Positions 13,324 through 26,745 are shown, numbered from the whole stretch's first letter. The stretch is DNA of 53,587 bases, filler included, from Sphacelaria rigidula (GCA_964200075.2; 4 parts of 4 records of this genome joined end to end with filler, not necessarily neighbours in it); one strand, 5' to 3'. A program made the numbers and translations. Notes: generated from the letters alone by a model not told the origin.

Positions 13324-13423
13324 NNNNNNNNNNNNNNNNNNNNNNNNNNNNNNNNNNNNNNNNNNNNTTAATTAATTAANNNNNNNNNNNNNNNNNNNNN
13401 NNNNNNNNNNNNNNNNNNNNNNN
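13324..13423. other. Artificial contig-joining linker
   Basis: N44-TTAATTAATTAA-N44, 100 bp, with stops in all six frames. Confidence 0.97.
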
Positions 13424-14930
13424 CGAGTCAACATGTTATACTAAAACCAAGTAATTTCCTGACGAATCATTATTTGTCCTAACCGTGTAACATTTCATGA
13501 GTAAAAGACTGTCTCTGGGGGCAAACCGTAACGAATCACCATCGAACATCGAATGTCAGACTATGCCCGTGGAAGTTGCCCAGATCACCTCTGCCATGTA
13601 CTGTTAATCCCAGATCGCGAACCACTTTCTAGAGTATCTCTCATGACCACGTATGCAACGGTGAAAGACTGTCATTTTACTCTATACTTCGCAAATTCAC
13701 GAAACTGCTTGTGTGACCGTAATACCATACCGGTTGTGCATACATGCTACAAAACACGATACCATGTGCTTTGACTTTACTTCACGACTTTCAATACGAT
13801 TGTTTCCGCGTGCACCTAATAACCGCACCTCGTACAGGACCGTGTATGCAACTGATAGAAAATGACGTTGTTACGCTGCCGTCCGCTAGCGCACGGAAAT
13901 CTGTTTGTGTAACCGTAATGTCATACTGTCTGCATACATGCCACGAGGCACGGTACCTATTAGCCGTGAGCATAAATTGCGAGGCTTGAATGAACGAAAC
14001 ATGAGGTATTCACCCTACCCCCTGGTCAGGGGGGGCAAATCATTAATGCTCGAAATGCTTTATTGTCATGAAAAATGGATGCAACCTCTATGTGGCTCCC
14101 CCTGTTTGATCGTTTGCGCCCTTGGTAGAAAAATTCAAAGAGATTATGCAAGCCATGTATGCATAAAACAAATGGAGAGTTATGTGAAGTTGTTTCGATT
14201 CTAAGATATCAAACCCAACCATGAACTCCTAGCTTACCTTTCGACTGTGAATACGTGGATGTTTGTTTCCAGATGCACTGCTGAACATACCATTAATTGA
14301 TCAATATTACCCGCAGCGGTGGATCACAGGACTGCATGAAGCCTGCAACAGTTGCTCGTCAGCAATTATTGTTGGTGCCCGCCTGCGAATTTCTACGTAG
14401 CTACTCATGAGTGTGATAATCAACTCAGATCCATAGCGATAGAGCGGCTATGAGTGAAGCTGCATGCTAATGTGTTTGCATGAGGACACCAGACGGATGC
14501 TCCGTCACTTCCCGTTGACCGTCTATACTCGTGCATGCTTCGACAATCATTTCGCAGATGGCCATCTACTTGTGCACGCTCTGACAATCCATTCGAAGAT
14601 GATAGTCTACATGCGCGTGCTCCGACAATCAATTGGAAGATGACCGTCTACCTGTGCGCGTTATGACCGTCTCGGGGGCAGCCCTGCCTACAGTCTTCTG
14701 GTCTTGAGAGTCCATGGGTTCCACACATCCCTTTGCCGAGATTTATACCAAAAATAATATGATGAAAGTTCTTGGCTTCTGGCTTGTAATGAACGACTCG
14801 TGTGTTCATCGTCGAGACTATGCAAGTTGCTAACATACAAGCCAGATATCGAATAGATGAACGAGGAAGTTATATGAACCGTACATACATATGTATATAT
14901 ATGTAGATGATTGCATCATACAACACAAGC

Positions 14931-15430
14931 AGGAGTTTCCTATGTGTTTTCGAGCAGGTTGACAGGAGATCCAGGAGTTTCCTATGTGTTTTCGAATAGG
15001 TTGACAGGTGGCCAGGAGTTTCCTGTGTCTTTTCGAACAGGCTGACAGGGTGCCAGGAGTTTCCCATGTGTTTTCAAACAGGTTGACAAGAGATCCAGGA
15101 TTTCCCCATGTATTTTCGAACAGGTTGACAGGAGATCCAGGAGTTTCCCATGTGTTTTCGAACAGGTTGACAGGAGATCCAGGATTTCCCCATGTGTTTC
15201 CGAACAGGTTGACAGGGGTGCCAGGATTTTCCCACATGTGCCCGAACAGGTTGACAGGCATCCAAGAATTCCCATGCTGTCCGAACAGGCTGAGAGGTGG
15301 CCAGGATTTTCCCATGTGTGCCCGAACAGGTTGACAGGCATCCCGGAATTCCTATGCTGTCCGAACAGGTTGACAGGTGACCAGGATTTTTCCATGCTAT
15401 CCGAACAGGTTGACATGGAGCCAGGATTCC
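14931..15430. repeat. Minisatellite, about 12 units of 41-42 bp
   Basis: Consensus ccaggagtttcccatgtgttttcgaacaggttgacaggagat. It produces the spurious repetitive ORFs (WGNPGSPVNLFENT). Confidence 0.93.
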
Positions 15431-18400
15431 CTTGGGAGTCCATCAATTTATACCTAGCTGTCCCCGACACGTGATACCATGGCCAAATGCACACGCGTGA
15501 ACCTGTTTTGTCCGGTTATATCGCTGTTCCTTTCGTTCTCCTTCCCCTTTATTTGTTTTGTGCGTTATCGTTATACTGGTGAAGCGCTGCTATTCATGTT
15601 ACTGGTTCCATCGTTTCTTTACATGAATCTGTTTTGCTCGAACAAATTCCTGTTCCCCTTGTTCACCTTTCCTTCTTGGTGTCCACTTTCGTATCATGAT
15701 GAGAAATTGATGCTGTCTGTTCTATTCCATCGTGTGTTCACGCCGTTGATGACTAAGAATGTTTCATCCAGACACCACCCCCGTGACTCTTGAATCATGG
15801 AGATTGTCATGCACTGCAATGAATTATCCATAATTATTTCAATCGGTGTTTTTACACCTATGTGACACGCGCGTGCAGATTTAACTTGTCGATTATCACA
15901 TAGCTAACCCCAAATCGGTGAAGAATGAGTGGAAACCCCCTGAACCCCCGAGCCCAGTCCTTCTACCCGGCGGGATCCGTCCAACAGCCTCCCGTGCAAG
16001 CACCTTCCCATGCAGCAGCAGGTTGACGCACCCTTCTACGCGGCAGAAGGTTGCTGCACCTCCCCAGCAGCATCAAACTTTTGTGCGTCCGCCACTGCAG
16101 CAGTTTTTCTGCACCACGACGATAACAGCAGTATTTTTTCGCCTTTGCAAGAAAATGCCGCTGAAGCGCCGCAAATGAATTTGTTTAGTGCTCCTGACCA
16201 ACGGTTTGCACGACGGATCTTTCCCCCATTTTTCTTCAGCGGATACTTCCAGTAACTGGGTCTCCGTTAATATTGTTCATCTCAAGCCAGGCGCGACCAG
16301 CAGTGTACATATTCCATGCTCAGCTACTGCCGCCGCCTCTGTAACATCGATCTAGGGACTAGGTTCCACCTAACCCGATGGGTACGCATACAACTATTTC
16401 ATCCCTCTGGGGCTACCCCTCCTTCGAACGCCATTTTAGCCGAAGCGAGTACTTACGATGCACAGCAGCTGTGGGTACAAGCTGAAGTTGGCACCACAGT
16501 AAAAGTAGCCACCGCTCACCAGTAACGGTGTTACGGGGCACCGGGGCGTGGGGAGGGGGATCTATGCATCGAAACAGTGGTGGAGGTTGTCGGTAACGTG
16601 GGGCAATATAACGAGTTTTGAGGCCTGCTAACCCTAGTAACAGTAAGATACCTCAGATGGAAATTCTAGGGTCAGCGGTAATTCCTATTCTTTTCCGCAC
16701 AAAGGATAACTTAATGAAGGTTTGGGTCCGGGTGGTCCATGGATTACCATATTGATTTATTTCGGCAGCGAGTTTCTCCAGAAGAGACAAGAGCACGTCA
16801 TCTTTCGAAGGGCGATCGAGATTTCGGCTTTCGCCGGAGGTGAGTACGGTTCGTGTCTAATAGTCCCCCAAAACTCGGAGCTGTTGACACCGACCACCTC
16901 ACCAGCCAAGGAGATTCAGCAACTTTGAACCTCTTCCGTGCTGTCAAGCCAAGCGCGCTTGGTGACGACTCGACAGTAAGGTTGTCTGGTCGGAGCGAAC
17001 TGGCAGCATCGAATGAGGTGTGGAAAAGCCTTGGAGTGACGTGGAGGACGATACTACGCTGCAGTGGCTGCTGCATCTAACGGAGGACGTAAGCTCAGAA
17101 GGTTTGGCTAGCAAGCTAGTCCCGGGCTACGTGCGATCGACGCTAGCATGGGCAGCCGCCTGCGTCAGGGTTCGAAAGAAAGACGGACGGTAGTTTTACG
17201 ACTATGTCAAGATTATCATGGACTGAACCAACTTCTTGAGTCGTACAGCGGCAGCTGGAGGGATATGTAGACCATGTATAGTGGGCTAGCAGAATCCAAG
17301 TACTCTAGGAGTGTTGATTTAGCGAATGGGTTTTTCCAGTTGAAGGTGGAGGAAGTATTTTGGCAGCCAAAGAGTTCGTAGAAATGATACGCTGATGCGG
17401 ACTGGAAGGCGTTGGATTGTGTTGGAGTATATCAGATTGGAGAGGGAGTCAGGCTGGTACATACGAGTCCGGGGCGCGGTTCTTTCCACAACCTTGTGGA
17501 AGAAGTGCAACCACAAGTGTTGGCAGGGGATACAAGTCGGGTTGCACCATTCGAATGGGCCGAGCCGGAGTCAGCACCAGCCAGTGTCGTCAAAACGTTG
17601 GTCGAGTCATTCCTCTCACCAACTTCTGTGACAACGCTGATCTTGGGGAGTACTGCTGTGATATTACGCTCTCCTGGTGAGAACGAGTTCGTTGCTCCGT
17701 GTTGAGCGGAGCTGGGGGTCTCACTGAGCAGGCCTCAGTATCAGCCGTGCAGGTGGGCGCACCGTATCGGAAGAGATGGACCTATGTGGTCGCCTGGGAA
17801 GCTGATCGTCGGAGGGAAGGACAACTGCGAGCGTCGAAGCAGCGAGTGAAAACGTACACCGTCGCCTGCCCCACGTTGGGTTAGCGATTAGGGCGGACAA
17901 GTATTTATTTTCTGGTGCCGACAGGACAGGGCAAGGCGATTCACACTTCCGAGAATCCGATGCCCAGATTATTTCGTTATCAGCTGACGAAAGGGAACCC
18001 AAGGCGCGAGGAATTCAGACACCATGGAGCGGACGCAGGTGGATAGGAAGAAGCAGCCGAGCTGAAGAGAGACGATTTTATGAAAGTTGCGACTACTCTC
18101 GACTGTTACGAGATACCACCCCGTGAATTAACGACGTCATACCATAGATTGTGGCTAATTTCATTCACCCGTGGATGATGAAGGCGGTTCTATCAAGTTG
18201 AAGCGGAAGTTTTGTTCAGCCTGACTCATATCCAGGGTGAGGTTGAGGATTTGAGCACGCTCGCTACGATGTGGCCTCGTGACGAAGCAGAGTTACCAGA
18301 GGCTTGGGGAGCCGCTGTAACTCATTCGTCGGTTCAAGAGGCAGAACGGGAGTCAGGCCAAGACCCTGGTGGGGGGGAGGCTCCACCTGAGGAGCCACGG

Positions 18401-19931
18401 ATACCAGGTAAAAATAGCCCTCAGACTGCCCTCGAGCAGACGAGAGCGATTCTCAGAAACAAGCCGCGACTAGCTTTGCTGCAAGAGCGGGACGCCCGGC
18501 TTGAACCCATCAGGGATAGGTTAATGTTGGAGAAAAGGCCGAAGGTACAGGTAAGAGGCAGGAAGCGTACGTTCCAAAATGATGATCTTCTATGGTATAC
18601 CTCACCTAGGCCGCCAGGTAAGTTGGACACCAAGTAAGTTGGCTATTCCACGCAGTCTAGTACCTGGCCTGCTCGCGTTGGTGCACACTACGCATGGGTA
18701 CGCCGGAGTGATGAAAACGACTGTAGTGGTCAACGCACGCTATGAGTGTCCCGGTCTTTTCGCCGATACTCGCACACACGTGCTGTCTTGAGGATGTCGC
18801 CGACGCAAACGTACTAATAGTCGCACCATAATGGTGCGACCCGCCCGCTTCTTGTAGTTCTGGGAAATGGTGTAGATGAACATATCGGACGTAAAGCAGA
18901 CTTCTACTTCTGGTAATAAGTACTTGTTGGTTGTTATGGATCGAGAAACCAAATTCTCTTTGCTCTTTCACTAGCAGCCCAAGGTTACTGAGCACGTAGT
19001 TAAGGGTCTGCTGGAACTGTTCTTGACGCTCGAAACGCCCTATTTCCTTCGAAGTGACGCTGGGGGGGAGTTCGTTTTAGCCGAGCTATGTGAGCCGTGT
19101 CTATGATGGGGGGACGATTATGTTGTGTATTTTGCTGTATGGATTCATCATACTACTTCCGACCAGTCACTGCCGCATAGCTCAACGCGATTAATGCTGC
19201 TTTTGAGCGCGAGCCTCGCACCCAAGTCGACTCTGTGTCACCTGAAGCAGAATCCCTACCGTTGAATAACACGGTAGAGCACCAGCGACAAACATTGAAA
19301 GACTTCCATGAGCTGTTAACCCAACGCGACCGGCGTAGGGAAGAGGTATAATATATGATGCTAATCAAAGAGTCTGACAGCTCCCTTCTGAACGAAGATG
19401 TACCGGCCAAATTTGTACATGACTCGTATACTGAGCCGGGGACGATGCAGCAGGGGGTGATACCAGGTCTCAATCTTGAGGTCAAAATGCAGGTGCGTAA
19501 AGTACAAGAGCGAACGGTGTTCGCGGCCAACGTGGAGAAATTTCATGTGCACCCAGAACAGCTGCAGCATTCAGGTCCAGGCGAGGTCTGTTAGCTAGCT
19601 TGGGGGGGCACATTTAGGGTTGGCTGAGGACATCACGTCCACACCTCTACTATATACTCTGACGGATGGGAAAGCAGTGCTGGGCCCAGGATCGTCGTGA
19701 GTGTGAGATCATCAACGGTTGTTTCACGACGGAGCTGAACCACACTGGCTTTCAGAGAGGATTTGGACAGTTTCACTGAGTTACAGTTGGACGTGTTTCA
19801 TGTCTTGTGGGAATTATATCAACCGCAGACCAGGCCCCGTCCATCCGATACACCATCTCGAGCAGAGAGGGGCCCAATTGCGCGGTAGATTCTCCGATGT
19901 ACCAAGATCCGCAAACGGTTTACGGACAGCC

Positions 19932-20305
19932 CAGAGCGGTCAACAAGATCAGGGACTTCTCCGGATTGGATGGGATCGTTTCTGTACGGTGTTTAAATTC
20001 CCTACGTGGTCTAACCCGGCAGAGCGATCAACAAGATCAAGGACTTCTCCAGACTGGATGGGATCGTTTCTGTACGGTGTTTAAATTCCCTACGTGGTCT
20101 AACCCGACAGAGCGGTCAACAAGATCAAGGACTTCTCCGGACTGGATGGGATCGTTTCTGTACGGTGTTGAAATGCCCTACGTGGTCTAACCCGGCGGAG
20201 CGGTCAACAAGATCCAGGACCCCCCCCTGGGCGGGATAGAATCGTTCCTGCACGGTGTTGAAATGCCCTACGCGGTATAACCCAGCAGAACGATTTTCAA
20301 GATCG
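19932..20305 (+). repeat. 88-bp tandem repeat (about 4 units) in the Gypsy 3' untranslated region
   Basis: cagagcggtcaacaagatc-like starts at about 19932, 20020, 20108 and 20196. The same array occurs at about 26033-26410. Confidence 0.9.
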
Positions 20306-20418
20306 ACGGCTACACCAAGACGCCGAGTACTCGGGAAGAGGGACATGGTAACGCGGCGATCCATCGTGTGAACCACGTTCAGTCCCAGGGTTTTTCAACC
20401 CTAGGGCTGAGGGGGGGG

Positions 20419-20811
20419 TGTTACGGATCGCGGCGTGGCGTGGTGGATAAGGGTAGTACGATGATGGGCCGTCGATTCAAAACGACTTACGCGCCCGGAG
20501 GGCTGATTGCGGGACTGGCTAGTACCGCAGTCAGGGGTGAGGCGTTATGTAAATCCGTCGAGAGACGGAATACATAAACATGCCTCTTTACATCTGGTTG
20601 GATCCGGTTCTTTCCGAGGACCGACCCAATCGGGTGCACCCTGGTGTCCACTCCTTTTCGGAAGTGCGAAGTCTCGACACCACCAATGAGAGAAAATAAA
20701 TCGGCCTTGATCTGTGACTAAGCATATCGTGACGTTCGTCCTGTGTCATTCTACGTTGGACGTACCCACATGTTGTGAGGTTACGATTGTTTCGAGAGTT
20801 ACGGTGAGACA
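20419..20811 (+). repeat. Putative 3' LTR of Gypsy copy A
   Basis: Begins TGTTAC directly after the GAGGGGGGGG polypurine tract and has AATAAA near 20695. The right end at ..GTGAGACA is tentative. Confidence 0.62.
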
Positions 20812-23800
20812 GTAAGATGTTTGATTCCGGCAGCGAGCAGATGCTAGAAGGTTGACATGATAGTAAAATCGAACTGTGCCAAATGGAATGGTGGAATGTG
20901 TAACCATATATAATAGTAAAAGTAAGTCATATTTGCATGAGCTAGCAAAACTATGTATCCTGCATGACCGAAATGCTATTGTTGTTCGCTCTAGTACTCG
21001 ACTTGTACAGTAGAGACACGCATGTGGACGACCATAAAGGCAAACAATATTTCATTTGTACCATGGCGCTTCGGCAATCGGGACTTTTGTGTCGATTGTT
21101 GTCATCTGCGACGTATTGATCACTCGTCTTGCGATTTCCGAATGCTCTGTTTCAACGAAGCATCAGCCACGATGATGTTCCGGTCCCCATATATGAAAAA
21201 TCTTTGTTCACCTCAAACGATAACCCCGCATGTGATGAATATACAAACTGTGCCTAATTATACTATTTGACAGTATAAAGCGTATATGAAGTACAATTCC
21301 CCGCTCTGCAACATTTTTGACATCGTCTTCCAACGCGTCTGACAAATACGGTCACATCAAAGATTTGAGTGCTCATATGACCCATGCCTTTCGGTTGACG
21401 ACGTCCCCCAACAGTTTGAAATGATGTTTCCACACGAAGTCAAGACACCTGTTCTGCTTTACTACGCTACAGTGGTGAATAGTAGCTATGGCTGTGATGC
21501 GAGTTAGCTCATCATGCAATGCCTGCAGACCGCGCCTTGAAAGGGAACCTCAACCTAGTCTGCTGACCTGACGGACATCGCATGTTATGTGCACTCAATA
21601 TATACTGTATAAATTTCAGGGTACAATGCGGTTATTTGAATCCTATTTCGCCGCCCCTCGGGAAATATCCTTGCGGCAGGTTTGAATTCATGCGTTTTTG
21701 AGATTTGAAGATGGTGATGAATCAACAGCCAACCTCACTCGTTGTCATAACAATCTATAACCTGTGGAGGGAAAGGAAATGATGGATCATGCTGATAACA
21801 TTGCGCTACCTGCTTGGATTGATTTCACGGCTTACTGGATACCATGTGGATAAGGCTTGCTGCATGCGGTATCTGGGTAAGAGCCAATAATGTGATGAAC
21901 CGTAAATGCTGTCAAACGCTGGACTGTTTGTTCATGTAGCCCGATATATATATATATATATGCCGAAATGATGTCGAGCTCATTGCTGTTCGCGGGAGTC
22001 AAGCTACCGCATCCATGCAGCGCTTATCCTCGTCCACGTGAAACCGCGTTTCACAGCAGCTATGCACGACTACAACGTGTCTGTAGCAAGCGCACACATG
22101 TATACCTCTATCATGATCCAGGGATACTATTGCAATAGTGCCCGCTTGATTTGGAGCTTGCTGTGCACTGTTGAAAAAATCGGAGGTACCTTCTGCCTTG
22201 AATGTTTAACTCAAACGTTTGATGTACTGTCTGTTGCAGTTGAACTGGAAGTCTAGAAGTAGGTCATCTGCTGTGTGCACCCCATCACCTGAAATAGCGT
22301 TATCACAACGTTTGCGCAGTGCATAAACCACGCTGATACCCATCTTTCTGCAACCTGCATGATATCATCAATCATTCTCCTGCTAATCAACTGATACTGG
22401 AATGAGGAGACCATGAATCGACTGAGTACGATGCTCGGGTTGCAGCGGTGGTATCTGAAGTGCAATCCCCCGTCCCAAGTACTGTCATCGGTCTGCTGCT
22501 ATCCAAACTTGCTTGTGCCTGCACATGCTACAAGTACAGTGCAGTACGCCTCTCCGACTGCAGCAGCAGCTGCCGCTGCATACTGTTGTAACCGAGAGAC
22601 ACACCGCCACAGCCGATTGATTCATGATCCACCCTGCACATAAGTTGTACTACGATACTTTTGCATACCGCCGTGATACCCATATTCCTGTAACTTGATG
22701 CGGCGCACTGTTGTCATTTGAATGCTACCAGTCATCCCTCATCATTATCCGACATCGATCGCGCCTTACTGTTCGATGGTATATTATGCCATGTCGCTAA
22801 AAACTGATCCATTTGAGCCAAATTTTCGGTTACCATGCGTTGAGTACGCCCTATACACATTGCCATATAAATGCGGAGTATTTTTACATTTTTTGCGTGT
22901 TTCGTGCTAGCTTCCCTGCACACGCTTGTACGCAAACTGATATGTGGGATGTGTAACACCGAGTTGACAACTGATAATGAGCGAATGTACCGTGTTGTAC
23001 TGTACTGTACTAATGCTGGATTTCGCTTTACACAAACGTTTGCACCGATGCTTGCGTATAACCGTCAGTCGTCCTGCATTTGCTTGGCCCCAACGTGATA
23101 TTTTAGCGGCATACACCAAACATGTCATGTTACTAGCTGGATACTGTTACTCTATAAAGGCCAAATCTTGTCGTGTAGACCTGAATGAGTAGGGTCACGG
23201 TGGATGCTAAGATTGCATGACTCTCTGTACTGCTTTACTAAATCTTTCCATGCAACAGCTGCCGTGTGCTTCCTGCTGTGTGATGCAGCTGAAAAGAGCA
23301 ACACAACACTATGCCGTCTTCGCCCATCAAGCTTGTGTTTACTGTATTCGCCACACATGTGCCTGTACACCGCCCTGTTGTTGTAAGTATAAAGAGCTGT
23401 ACGACGCCCTCTCGTTGTGAGTATTGACCATTTTGACCACGAGGGTGGGTCACCTGCTGAGTTGGCATCAATATTCACTATGAAAAAGATATGCATAATA
23501 GAGAGGGACTACCCGCACTGCGATCTAGAATAAGCGACTATACTGTGTTGCACTGTCTGAACTGCTGCTTACAACCGCCGTATCTGTTGGACACACAAGA
23601 TTGTGTTGCTCCATTCACGTCTTTACTGTCGTAGTTTGCACCGACAACTCTCCTGCTTCATGATTGCTCTGCACTCGAATTCCAGCCAATTGTTCCGCAC
23701 TTGAAAAACAAAATAATAGGCATATCGCACCACTGTCTGGGTTGTTTCTGACCCAAACAATCCTGGTTTTGTTCGCAATTCATAATGCTGTAACCACACG

Positions 23801-24579
23801 CTCGGGGTGCGCCGCAGGATAGACTAACGTTAGACTTGTTCACAACTGACGCTGCTGCTGCTATACGCTATGATTTTTTTGAGTTTCACACAGCTGACTG
23901 AAATGGAACGACGGTACAATATGCCATCCGTACTCAAACTCGACAAGACCCGCTGGATTAAAAATCGCGTGTGTCTTCGAACATAGAGTTGCGAGAACAC
24001 CCTTGGGCTTTACGACATGCAACCGTTACATTTATTGTGATACTGTTACAATATGGCTGTACAAGATGACGGTACTGACTGTTTATAGCCTGCACCATCT
24101 CCTCGATAAAATCGTTGACTTTGTACTCAGTCCAACAGTGCATGAGTAATATGCTTTTACTCTGAGAACAAAACTGTTCCGAACCACCATCGAATATCAA
24201 ATATCGGACTATGCATGCGGAAGAACCTTTGCCGTGTACTGTACTGTTTATTCGAGTCGATATACTGTGGGAACACATGAGATAGTGATGGCCGTGTCGC
24301 CTGAGTGAAACTTCTGAACGCGATATCAACCAACAGATGGGAGTTAAAGAACTGCCTGTAGAAGAGATCCACAGGGCTATCGATATGTTGACGGCTACAA
24401 TTAGTGCCGAGTACATACAGCATAATAATATATATATTTCCTTTGATGAACGCGAACCATTTGCTCGGGTATCTCATGCATGACCACGTATGCAACTGTG
24501 AAAGATTATCTTTTACTTTATGCTTTGCAAATTCACGAAACTGCTTGTGTGATCGTAATTCCATACTGGTTGTGGATAC

Positions 24580-26745
24580 TTGCTACAAGAACGGGACTCC
24601 CGGCTTGAGCTCATCAGAGAGAGGTTCATGTTGGAGAAAAGGATGAAGGTACAAGTAAGAGGCAGAAAGCGTACGTTCCAAAATGATGATCTTCTATGGC
24701 ATACCTCACCTAGGGCGCCAGGGAAGTTGGACACCAAGTAAATTGGCTATTCCACGCAGTCTAGTACCTGGCCTGCTCGCGTTGGTGCACACTACGCATG
24801 GGTACGCCGGAGTGATGAAAACGACTGTAGTGGTCAACGCACGCTATGAGTGTCCCGGTCTTTTCGCCGATACTCGCACACACGTGCTGTCTTGTGGATG
24901 TTGCCGACGCAAACGTACTAATAGTCGCACCATAATGGTGCGACCCGCCCGCTTCTTGTAGTTCTGGGAGATAATGTAGATGAACACATCGGACGTGAAG
25001 CAGACTTCTACTTCTGGTGATGAGTACTTGTTGGTTGTTATGGATCGAGCAACCAAGTTCTCTTTGCTCTTTCACTAGCAGTCCAAGGTTACTGAGCACG
25101 TAGTTAAGGGTCTGCTGGAACTGTTCTTGACGCTCGAAACACCTTATTTCCTTTGAAGTGACGCTGGGGGAGAGTTCGTTTTAGCCGAGCTATGTGAGCC
25201 GTGTCTACAATGGGGGGACGAGTATGTGTATCCTGCTGTATGGATTCATCATACTACTTCCGACCAGTCACTGCCGCATAGCTCAAGGCGATTAGTGCTG
25301 GTTTTGAGCGCGAGCCTCGCACCCAAGTCGACTCTGTGTCACCTGAAGCAGAATCCCTACCGTTGAATAACACGGTAGAGCAACAGCGACAAACATTGAA
25401 AGTCTTTTATGAGCTGTTAACCCAACGCCACCGGCGTAGGGAAGAGGTATAAGATATGATGCTAGTCAAAGAGTCTGACAGCTCCCTTCTGAACGAAGAT
25501 GTACCGGCCAAATTTGTACATGACTTGTAGACTGGGCCGGGGACGGTGCAGCAGGGGGTGATACCCGGTCTCAATCTTGAGGTCAAAATGCAGGTGCGTA
25601 AAGTACAAGAGCGAACGGTGTTCGTGGCCAATGTGGAGAAATTTCATGTGCACCCAGAACAGCTGCAGCATTCAGGTCCAGGCGAGGTCTGTTAGCTAGC
25701 TTGGGGGGGCACATTTAGGGTTGGCTGAGGACATCACGTCCACACCTCTACTATATACTCTGACGGATGGGAAAGCAGTGCTGGGCCCAGGATCGTCGTG
25801 ATTGTGAGATCATCAACGGTTGTTTCACGACGGAGCTGAACCACACTGGCTTTCAGAGATGATTTGGGCAGTTTCACTGAATTCCAGTTGGACGTGTTTC
25901 CATGTCTTGTGGGAATCATATCAACCGCAGACCAGGCCCCGTCCATCCGATGCACCATCTCGAGCAGAGAGGGGCTCAATTGCGCGGTAGATTCCCCGAT
26001 GTACCAAGATCCGCAAACGGTTTACGGACAGCCCAGTGCGGTCAACACGATCAAAGACTTCTCCGGATTGGATGGGGTCGTTTCTGTACGGTGTTTAAAT
26101 TCCTTACGTGGTCTAACCCGGCAGAGCGGTCAACAAGTTCGAAGACTTCTCCAGACTGGATGGGATCGTTTCTGTACGGTGTTTAAATTCCCTACGTGGT
26201 CTAACCCGACAGAGCGGTCAACAAGATCAAGGACTTCTCCGGACTGGATGGGATCGTTTCTGTATGGTGGTTAAATTCCCTGCGTGGTCTAACCCGGCAG
26301 AGCGGTCAACAAGATCAAGGACCCCCCCCCCTGGGCGGGATAGAACCGTTCCTGCACGGTGTTGAAATGCCCTGCGTGGTATAACCCAGCAGAACGATTT
26401 TCAAGATCGACGGCTACACCAAGACGCCGAGTACCCGGGAAGAGGGACATGGTAACGCGGCGATTCATCGTGTGAACCACGTTCAGTCCCAGGGATTTTC
26501 AACCCTAGGGCTGAGGGGGGGTGTTACGGATCGCGGCGTGGCGTGGTGGATAAGGGTAGTACGATCATGAGCCGTCGATTCAAAACGACTTACGCGCCCG
26601 GAGGGCTGATTGCGGGACTGGCTAGTACCGCAGTCAGGGGTGAGGCGTTATGTAAATCCGTCGAGAGACGGAATACATAAACATGCCTCTTTACATCTGG
26701 TTGGATCCGGTTCTTTCCGAGGACCGACCCAATCGGGTGCACCCT
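24580..26745 (+). mobile_element. Gypsy copy B (integrase, 3' UTR repeats, PPT, LTR from 26522), truncated by contig end
   Basis: Colinear and highly similar to about 18475-20643. Confidence 0.92.

Larger units (their letters stand above)
15918..20811 (+). mobile_element. Decayed Ty3/Gypsy LTR retrotransposon, copy A (5' boundary approximate)
   Basis: Q/P-rich gag-like segment near 16.0 kb and a protease-like C-terminus near 16.7 kb. RT N-terminus AWAAACVRVRKKDG/LRLCQDYHGLN..SVDLANGFFQL at about 17150-17350. Integrase zinc finger and core (LVHTTHGYAG..GNKYLLVVMDR..PYFLRSDAGGEF) at 18640-19075. Polypurine tract then TG-starting LTR. Many stops and frameshifts. Confidence 0.88.

Noticed and set aside
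13368..13379. TTAATTAATTAA as a biological motif recurring every 13.4 kb
   Set aside because: It is a synthetic stop linker embedded in N runs.
14830..15494. Repeat-protein ORFs of 161-170 aa
   Set aside because: By-products of a 41-42-bp satellite. Mixed unit lengths shift frames, and several frames are open.
19932..20305. CRISPR-like array
   Set aside because: Spacer-less tandem repeat inside a retrotransposon.
20850..24100. Possible decayed exons in contig 2
   Set aside because: Only short peptide-like pieces with stops. I found no consistent splice chain or recognisable family.
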